The notes below the pieces were generated by a model, which was not told the origin of the DNA, did not search any database, and worked only from the letters and a program-made list of their open reading frames with translations. A program made the position numbers and the translations under genes. A stretch of DNA of 60,388 nt, from NCBI GenBank assembly GCA_040758155.1, contig JBFLWB010000140.1, positions 1-60,388 on the forward strand, given 5' to 3'. Within the stretch, counting starts at the first letter, position 1. Each line of letters starts with the position of its first letter. This stretch comes from Thermodesulfobacteriota bacterium. GTDB taxonomy: Bacteria > Desulfobacterota > Deferrimicrobia > Deferrimicrobiales > Deferrimicrobiaceae. Below are positions 57,934 through 60,388 of the stretch, piece after piece.

Positions 57934-60388
57934 GACAGGTATCGGCTCACCAGCTCGAGGTTCTTCCCGAGTTTCCCCAGCTTCGTCTCGAGGGCGGCCT
58001 GCCGTTCGCGCAGCGCCTCCACGATGTCCTCGGGAGCGTTCTCCACGAACTTCCCGTTTCCGAGCTGTCCCATGACGCGCGCGAGCTCCGCTTTCCCCTT
58101 CTCGATCTCCTTCCCCAGGCGCCTTGCCTCCTGGTCGAAGTCGATCAGCCCGGCCAGCGGCATGCAGACCTCGATGTCGTTGACGACCGCCGTGGCGTCT
58201 TCGACGGGGATGTAGTCGGCGTCGGCGTAGGCGACCCGGTCCGCGCGGGCCAGCCGCCGCAGGATGTCCTCATGCTCCCTGAGGAAGTTCAGCTCCCCGG
58301 CCTCCCCCTTCAGGCGGACTTCCACCTTCTTCGCCGGCGGGACGTTCAGCTCGCTGCGGATATTGCGGACGGCGCGGATGACCTCCATCAGGTGCCCCAT
58401 GTCCTCCTCGACGTCCGCGTCGGCGAGGGAGGCGGCGGCGGCCGGGTATTTCCGGTCGTACAGAAGGCCGCGCTCCCCCGGGAGGGAATGCCAGAGCTCT
58501 TCCGTGATGAAGGGGATGAAGGGATGCCCGAGGGCGAGGATCGTCTCGTACACGTGCAGGAGGACCGACCGCTGACGTTCCCGCACCCGGTCGTCCGCCT
58601 CGGCATCGAGCGCAGGCTTGATCATCTCTAGGTACCAATCGCAGAACTCGTGCCACACGAACTGGTAGTACGCGGACCCGGCGTCGTTGAACCGGTATTC
58701 CTCGATCCCCTTGCGGATCTCGTCGATGACCCGCTGGAGGCGGGAAAGCATCCACCGGTCCACCACAGACGGGTCGGGCGGGAGCTTCCTGACCGTCGTC
58801 CCGTCCACGTGCATCAGGACGAACCGCCCCGCCTGGAACAGCTTGTTCATGAAGTTCCGGTATCCCTCGACCCGCTCGTCCGACATCCGGATGTCGCGCC
58901 CCTGGGCGGCCAGCGCCACGAGGGTGAACCGGAAGGCGTCCGTGCCGAACCGGTCGATGATCTCGAGCGGATCGATGACGTTCCCCCGGGTCTTGCTCAT
59001 CTTCTCGCCCTTTGCGTCCCGCACGAGGGCGTGGATCACCACGTCGCGGAAGGGGACCTTCCCCATGCATTCGATCCCCATCATCATCATCCGGGCGACC
59101 CAGAAGAAGAGGATGTCGAACGCGGTCACCAGCGCCGAGGTCGGATAGTACCGCTGGAGCTCCGGCGTCTTTTCCGGCCATCCCATCGTGGAAAAGGGCC
59201 ACAGCCCGGAGGAGAACCAGGTGTCGAGGACGTCCTCCTCCTGCTTGAGCTCCTTTCCGCCGCAGAACGGGCACTTCGAAGGGGCCTCGACCTCCACGAC
59301 GGTCTTCCCGCAGGCATCGCAGTGGTACGCGGGGATCCGGTGCCCCCACCAGATCTGCCGGGAGATGCACCAGTCGCGGATGTTCTCCATCCACTCGAAG
59401 TACGTCTTTTCCCACTGGGCCGGGACGATGCGGGTCTCGCCCTTCCGGACCGCCTCGATGGCGGGCTCGGCCAGCGGCTTCGCCTTCACGAACCACTGCA
59501 TGCTCTCGGCGGGCTCAACCACCGTCTGGCACCGGTAGCAGTGGCCGATGTTGTGGACGTACGGCTCCTCGCCGGCCAGCAGCCCCTCCTCCTTCAGCTT
59601 CGCGACCACGGCCTCCCGGCAGGCGAACCGGTCCATCCCCGCGTAGGCGCCGGCGTCGGCCGTCATCTTCCCGGACTCGTCGATCACCCGGACGGAGGGG
59701 AGCTCGTGCCTCTTCGCCACCTCGAAATCGTTCAGGTCGTGGGCGGGGGTGATCTTCACCGCGCCGGTGCCGAACTCCCGGTCGACCATCGGATCGGCGA
59801 GAAGCGGGATCGGGCGGTTCATCAGCGGGAGGCGCAGCGTCTCCCCGATCCTCCCCGCGTACCGCTCGTCCTTCGGGTTCACCGCGACGGCGGTGTCGCC
59901 CAGCATCGTCTCCGGGCGCGTCGTGGCGACGACGACGCCTTCGCCGCCGGACCACCCCGGGTAGCGGATGTGCCAGAGCGCTCCCTTCTTCTCTTCGAAG
60001 GACACCTCGAGGTCGGAAAGCGCCGTGCGGCAGCGGGGGCACCAGTTGATGATGTAGCGCCCCTTGTAGATGAGCCCCTTCCTGTACAGGCGGACGAACG
60101 CCTCCTTGACGGCCCGGGACAGCCCCTCGTCCATCGTGAACCGTTCCCTGTCCCAGTCGCAGGCGGCTCCGAGGCGCTTCAACTGCCGCAGGATCGTCCC
60201 GCCGCTCTGCTCCTTCCATTTCCATACGCGCGCGATGAAGGCCTCCCGGCCCAGCTCCTGGCGCGTCTTTCCTTCCTTCTTGAGCTCCCGCTCGACCACG
60301 TTCTGCGTGGCGATGCCGGCGTGGTCCATGCCCGGGATCCACAGCGCGTTGCGGCCGTTCATGCGGGCGTAACGGATGAGGACGTCCT
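57930..60388 (-). CDS. valS: Valine--tRNA ligase, N terminus beyond the window end
   Basis: Reading frame is open to the window edge (..DVLIRYARMNGRNALWIPGMDHAGIATQ). KMSKTRGN (KMSKS) motif and C-terminal coiled coil. Confidence 0.95.
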   Translation of the reverse strand, partial: DVLIRYARMNGRNALWIPGMDHAGIATQNVVERELKKEGKTRQELGREAFIARVWKWKEQSGGTILRQLKRLGAACDWDRERFTMDEGLSRAVKEAFVRLYRKGLIYKGRYIINWCPRCRTALSDLEVSFEEKKGALWHIRYPGWSGGEGVVVATTRPETMLGDTAVAVNPKDERYAGRIGETLRLPLMNRPIPLLADPMVDREFGTGAVKITPAHDLNDFEVAKRHELPSVRVIDESGKMTADAGAYAGMDRFACREAVVAKLKEEGLLAGEEPYVHNIGHCYRCQTVVEPAESMQWFVKAKPLAEPAIEAVRKGETRIVPAQWEKTYFEWMENIRDWCISRQIWWGHRIPAYHCDACGKTVVEVEAPSKCPFCGGKELKQEEDVLDTWFSSGLWPFSTMGWPEKTPELQRYYPTSALVTAFDILFFWVARMMMMGIECMGKVPFRDVVIHALVRDAKGEKMSKTRGNVIDPLEIIDRFGTDAFRFTLVALAAQGRDIRMSDERVEGYRNFMNKLFQAGRFVLMHVDGTTVRKLPPDPSVVDRWMLSRLQRVIDEIRKGIEEYRFNDAGSAYYQFVWHEFCDWYLEMIKPALDAEADDRVRERQRSVLLHVYETILALGHPFIPFITEELWHSLPGERGLLYDRKYPAAAASLADADVEEDMGHLMEVIRAVRNIRSELNVPPAKKVEVRLKGEAGELNFLREHEDILRRLARADRVAYADADYIPVEDATAVVNDIEVCMPLAGLIDFDQEARRLGKEIEKGKAELARVMGQLGNGKFVENAPEDIVEALRERQAALETKLGKLGKNLELVSRYLS

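Overview
High-GC (roughly two thirds G+C by eye) bacterial chromosomal segment. It is almost entirely housekeeping and is transcribed overwhelmingly on the minus strand.

Gene content, left to right:
- An NAD-coupled group-3-type [NiFe] hydrogenase operon (hoxF-U-Y-H plus the hoxW endopeptidase, minus strand).
- A divergent PaaK/F390-synthetase-like adenylating enzyme whose 3' end converges on and overlaps a ThrC-family PLP enzyme.
- pgsA followed by tRNA-Gly(GCC), then nadB.
- A ~47-50 kb minus-strand array interrupted only by three short plus-strand genes (NUDIX, mqnA, DUF1858), listed here in transcription order: valS-nadC-(secreted protein)-queD; rsmD-coaD-aminotransferase; lysE; a nucleotidyltransferase/phosphomannomutase fusion; MBL hydrolase; coaBC; udg; rlmI; nfeD-SPFH; spoIID; queA-tgt-yajC-secD-secF; recJ; speB-pdaD; fabH; rimI; pyrK-pyrD; rimP-nusA-ylxR-infB-DUF503-rbfA-nrnA-truB-rpsO-pnp; M16 peptidase; dut; purB-S-Q-L-F; pyrE.

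About 20 gene junctions are 4-nt stop/start overlaps (ATGA, GTGA, TTGA). Many long ORFs in the supplied track are out-of-frame or antisense artefacts of the GC content. I therefore re-derived several true starts, including GTG and TTG starts, from motifs and junction logic. I see no transposase, integrase, CRISPR, phage or recognisable defence genes.

The unusual signals are non-coding:
1. A 257/302-nt, hairpin-rich element with 16-nt terminal inverted repeats occurs twice, at 31.2 kb and 54.7 kb. The copies show compensatory changes. One copy exactly fills the rimI-pyrK spacer, and the pyrK start codon lies inside its closing helix. It is a candidate undescribed structured RNA or MITE.
2. A second, smaller palindromic element family lies in the queA-tgt spacer and between NUDIX and the aminotransferase.
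3. An intrinsic-terminator hairpin sits in the only possible leader of rimP-nusA-infB.
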